This document shows, piece after piece, positions 62,525 to 64,000 of a DNA stretch of 64,000 nt. Numbering within the stretch: position 1 is the first letter of the stretch; each line of letters begins with the position of its first letter. A program made the position numbers and the translations under genes. The notes under the pieces are model-generated. The model was not told where the DNA came from and made no database searches. It saw only the letters and a list, made by a program, of their open reading frames with translations. The DNA is taken from contig JBNRSN020000010.1 of assembly GCA_051313645.2 (NCBI GenBank), positions 10,788,001-10,852,000 of the forward strand, given 5' to 3'. This stretch comes from Centroscyllium fabricii. Its lineage: Eukaryota.

Positions 62525-63620
62525 TGTACTAGATTTTTATTTTGAAAAAGCATTTGATAATGTGCCACACAAAAGTTTATTACACAAAACTGGGGCTCAT
62601 GGAATTGGTGATAACATATCATTGACAGAGGATTGGATAACGGGCAGAAAAGAATGAGAACTAATAAACAGGTAATTCCACGTTAGCAGGCTGTAACTCG
62701 TGGGGTATCAGAAGGATCAGTCAGCTACTTACAGCCTTTATTAATGACTTAGACGAAGGGAAAGAGTGGAGTGTATCCACGTTTGTTGACGATACAAAGC
62801 TAGGTGGAACACTACGTTGTGAGGAGGACACAAAGAGGCTGCAAAGGAATAGAGACGGTTTTACTGACAGAGCAAGAAGATGGCACATGGAATATAACGT
62901 GGAGAAATGTAAAGTTATCCAATTTGGAAGGAAATATAGGAAAGCAGAATATTTTTAAATTGTGAGAGTTTCGAAAACTTTCGTGTTCAGAGGGACATTG
63001 GTGCCTTGTACACAAATTATTAGAAAGTTAAAATGCAGGCAAAGCAATGCATTACGAAAACAATTGTTATGTTAACATTTATTACCAAACAATTATAAGG
63101 TAAGAGTAAAGAATTCGTACTGCAATTATATAAGGCCTTGGAGAGACCACTCCTAGAGTACTGTTTACAGTTTTGGGCTCCTTATGTAAGGGACGAATAT
63201 ATGTTTTAGAGTAAGTGTCAAGGAGGCTCACTAGATTGGTACCTGGGATGGATGTTTTTGCATATGATGAGAGGCTGAGTAGACTAGGCCTTTAATACCT
63301 AGACTTTAGAAGAATGATAGGTTTACACTGAAACGTTGACAAGTCTTAAAGATCTTGACAGAGTCAACGCTGGGAGGATGTTTCCCTGCCTGTCGAGTAT
63401 TGAATTAGCGTCATGGTCTCACAATACGCGGGCGGCCATTTCGAACTGAGATGAGGAGTAATCTTCACTCAAAGGTTCGTGAATCTTTAGAATTATCTCC
63501 TCCAGATGGCTGTCGATGCTCAGTCGTTGACTACATTCAAGACAGTGATCGGTAGATTTTTTGATAATCTTAGAAATACGAGGCGATCCACTGATAATCC
63601 CATTAGTAAATGGTTTGTTC
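62525..63620 (+). mobile_element. Old CR1 RT 3' remnant
   Basis: Degenerate LDF.KAFD.VPH, FVDDTKLGG and RPLLEYCLQFWAP-encoding segments. Confidence 0.75.
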
Positions 63621-63719
63621 AAGGTGAGAGACTAACAAGCTATTGGGTGCCGCTTAATTTCTAGTGCAAAGCTAGGTATTTGTTGCGTCAATATGTCTGG
63701 TGACTATTTGGTGTAAAAA

Positions 63720-64000
63720 GTTTGCCCATACCTCAGCTGAGTGTGTGCGATGTTTATATGTGCAGGGACTTTGCTCTTGTATTCATAGCATGCTGCCCGT
63801 GAGATGCTGTGCTTCACGCTGCGTGTGAACGAATATGCAGTGTGATCTAAACCAGAACTGAGCGTATTTGATGGAAACCTTTCAAGGCAGCTTTACTCTG
63901 TATCTGACCCGTGCTTTTCCTCACCGTTGAGTGTTTTTCTTCGACAATATCGAGGGAGCATTGTACTCCATTTAGCCGGTTCATAAACAGCCATGGGAGT
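63720..64000 (+). repeat. Degenerate ~67-bp tandem repeat
   Basis: Recurring CTTTACTCTGTATCT.ACCCGTGCT..GAGTGTTT..GAGGGAG units. Confidence 0.55.

Overview
Eukaryotic, repeat-dense genomic DNA, most likely from a cartilaginous fish (HE1-type V-SINEs, a SacSINE1-like DeuSINE, shark-type CR1 LINEs and GPR139-like receptors; the taxon is inferred). The only host genes I can support are two convergent, two-exon GPR139/GPR142-like class A GPCR paralogs. The + strand copy (ATG 38430) is split just before TM7 by a full-length CR1 LINE with two intact ORFs. The - strand copy (58294->56887) is intact. Each gene has a conserved ~260-bp upstream region and, about 440 bp upstream of its ATG, the same 48-49-bp tandem repeat in mirrored orientation, which suggests a duplicated satellite+promoter+GPCR cassette. 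The most striking mobile element is at 1894-4045. It has two ~99.5% identical 994-bp LTRs, a 5-bp TSD and only 164 bp of internal sequence. Its PBS is complementary not to a tRNA but to the predicted 5' end of its own transcript, which points to a minimal non-autonomous Tf1/sushi-type self-priming LTR element. The rest is CR1/L2/Rex1 LINE fragments, a truncated Ty3/Gypsy, hAT and PIF/Harbinger remnants, nested foldback MITEs, SINEs and a Penelope-type hammerhead-like motif. All alignments were made by eye, so boundaries of old elements are approximate.
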